Source: a virus (lineage: Duplodnaviria > Heunggongvirae > Uroviricota > Caudoviricetes). Taken from it: DNA of 5,910 nt. The notes below the pieces were generated by a model, which was not told where the DNA came from, made no database searches, and saw only the letters and a program-made list of their open reading frames with translations. Shown piece by piece: positions 4,667-5,910 of the stretch. The stretch is taken from the IMG/VR virus record IMGVR_UViG_2802429232_000005, one strand, 5' to 3'. How positions within the stretch are numbered: the stretch's first letter is position 1; every line of letters starts with the position of its first letter. The translations under genes and the position numbers were made by a program.

Positions 4667-4689
4667 AAAAAAGCGCCCATAGTGGGCGC
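4667..4689 (-). terminator. Rho-independent terminator on the minus strand (GCGCCCA / TGGGCGC stem, loop TAG, T6 on the minus strand)
   Basis: Stem 4673-4679 / 4683-4689 preceded on + by AAAAAA 4667-4672; lies just downstream of the 76-aa gene stop. Confidence 0.7.
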
Positions 4690-4695
4690 TCGATT

Positions 4696-4926
4696 TTATT
4701 TATGTAAACTGATTTCAAATCCCATTTCTACAAACGCTTTTAACATTAAAAATATATCAGCGTCATTCACGTCTGCTTTTTTTCGCTCCTGGTCGCTCAA
4801 TAAGTCAATTTTGCGCGTCGTTTCATCTATAAGCTCGACTGCGCGCCCAGCGTAACCAGCGATCCCAGCGATGCGATTAACAAAATATTCATTGCGCACG
4901 TTAACGCCAGCGATAATCATAAACAT
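4696..4926 (-). CDS. Hypothetical small protein (76 aa)
   Basis: ATG (complement of 4924-4926) with SD AAGGAG (complement of 4934-4939) at 7-nt spacing. Flanked by near-identical terminator hairpins; AT-rich codon usage like the adjacent 216-aa gene. Confidence 0.6.
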   Translation of the reverse strand: MFMIIAGVNVRNEYFVNRIAGIAGYAGRAVELIDETTRKIDLLSDQERKKADVNDADIFLMLKAFVEMGFEISLHK

Positions 4927-4939
4927 GATTAAGCTCCTT

Positions 4940-4960
4940 AAAAGCGCCCATAGTGGGCGC
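4940..4960 (-). terminator. Rho-independent terminator on the minus strand between the 216-aa and 76-aa genes; near-identical to 4667-4689
   Basis: Stem GCGCCCA 4944-4950 / TGGGCGC 4954-4960, loop TAG. On the minus strand it is followed by TTTT and then immediately the AAGGAG SD of the 76-aa gene. Confidence 0.65.
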
Positions 4961-4973
4961 CAGATTCCATTAA

Positions 4974-5624
4974 TTACGCTTTGAAAGCATCAGCCAGATA
5001 GTTATAGAAATCATTTTTAATAAAGCGATATTGCTGCGTACCAGCTTTTGCGCTTCCCATTCCTTTGACTTTCTCAACAAGTCCAAGACGTTCGCAAAGA
5101 TTGATCAACTGGTTGGCTTGAGTATAGCCAGCGTCCAATTTAATTTCGCACGCTTTTTTAGCTTCATTCATTAAATCGAAAACAGCGCCATTAGTGAACG
5201 TGTCGATCTCGTCGTTAATCATATCGATTAAAGCGAATACACGAGATCCTGACATATCAGCGATGGAGTAAACGCATTTACCAGATTTAATTGATTTAAC
5301 CAGATAAACCAGTTTTTCCAGTGAATAACTATTAGTCATTGCATCACGAAAAAATACTTCTGGCGCTTGTTTACTTGCTTTAATCGCATAGTAGAAAACA
5401 GAGCATAATTTTTCATCTTCTACAGCGTTTACAACGTTGTTGATGAAGTAAGCAAGTTTAGTGGTCGCAGCTTGCATATTTGCTTTGTCTGCTTTAGTGT
5501 GCGTACCATTTTTATAATGTTCGTTATATGTTTGAGTTGCCAGATCTGCTTTTTCGCGCAGCTCGTCGGATACAATGGATGCAGCTTCAATGATGGATTT
5601 TTTAGAAATGATAATGTTAGCCAT
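4974..5624 (-). CDS. Hypothetical protein (216 aa), Lys/Ala-rich, AT-rich codon usage; family not recognised
   Basis: ATG (complement of 5622-5624) with SD AAGGA (complement of 5633-5637) at 8-nt spacing; long uninterrupted ORF; terminator directly downstream. Confidence 0.7.
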   Translation of the reverse strand: MANIIISKKSIIEAASIVSDELREKADLATQTYNEHYKNGTHTKADKANMQAATTKLAYFINNVVNAVEDEKLCSVFYYAIKASKQAPEVFFRDAMTNSYSLEKLVYLVKSIKSGKCVYSIADMSGSRVFALIDMINDEIDTFTNGAVFDLMNEAKKACEIKLDAGYTQANQLINLCERLGLVEKVKGMGSAKAGTQQYRFIKNDFYNYLADAFKA

Positions 5625-5760
5625 GATAATATCCTTATGAAAGTTTAAAATTTAACTCAAGAAAGAAAGTGTTTACTCTCGTTCCTGATGCGTTCAATTA
5701 TCGATACGCAAAAAAAGATTGCAAGTATTTTTTTAAATTTTTTGCAGGGACGAAAGTCCT
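5625..5760 (-). promoter_or_regulatory. AT-rich upstream region of the 216-aa gene (promoter not resolved); contains a GGAC-GAAA-GTCC mini-hairpin
   Basis: About 30% GC, A/T runs, position relative to the start codon; GGACGAAAGTCC at about 5749-5760. Confidence 0.3.
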
Positions 5761-5910
5761 AGAAATAAAATCGAGATCGTCGAAGGTGTTCCCTAAATAA
5801 ATAATTAATTCCGGCTTATAACCTTATATATTTATACGGGGTAGAATTGGAGGTGTATTTAATAATTGGCATTTAAAAAAATAACCGAACTTAGCCTGTT
5901 ATTACACTTA

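Noticed and set aside
4216-4855. Plus-strand ORFs 4216..4452 (78 aa) and 4646..4855 (69 aa)
   Set aside because: 4216 starts at TTG inside the repeat cluster and spans the palindrome-rich spacer. 4646..4855 is antisense to the SD-supported 76-aa gene and runs through a terminator hairpin.
1-5910. LexA (SOS) boxes of the CTGT-N8-ACAG type in the gene leaders
   Set aside because: Scanning by eye found CTGT motifs (for example 1331 and 3025) but none with a correctly spaced ACAG partner, so there is no sequence support for SOS control.

Overview
No rRNA, tRNA, CRISPR array or recognisable transposase is visible; no protein here could be assigned to a known family by eye, so all products are hypothetical. 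The window appears to be a mosaic accessory region with two parts. (1) Positions ~900-4100 (about 50% GC) carry a same-strand array of six or seven small genes (47-160 aa), each with its own promoter-like leader, Shine-Dalgarno and hairpin; four of the products are strongly acidic and two are basic. Most leaders share a near-palindromic AACA-N(1-3)-TGTT box, and several genes are bracketed by a recurring GC-rich hairpin, which gives the array a cassette-like, co-regulated look. The array is flanked on both sides by clusters of degenerate ~22-bp direct repeats (GGGAAACGGCTG-like), and preceded by a ~250-nt A+C-rich, T/G-poor tract ending in an intrinsic terminator. (2) Positions ~4450-5910 are AT-rich and carry two minus-strand genes (76 aa and 216 aa) separated by nearly identical terminator hairpins. 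My leading hypothesis is that the small-gene array is an early-expressed island of the kind found in plasmid leading regions or phage early regions, possibly anti-defence or host-takeover. This rests on architecture alone; it needs homology search, structure prediction and genomic context to confirm.
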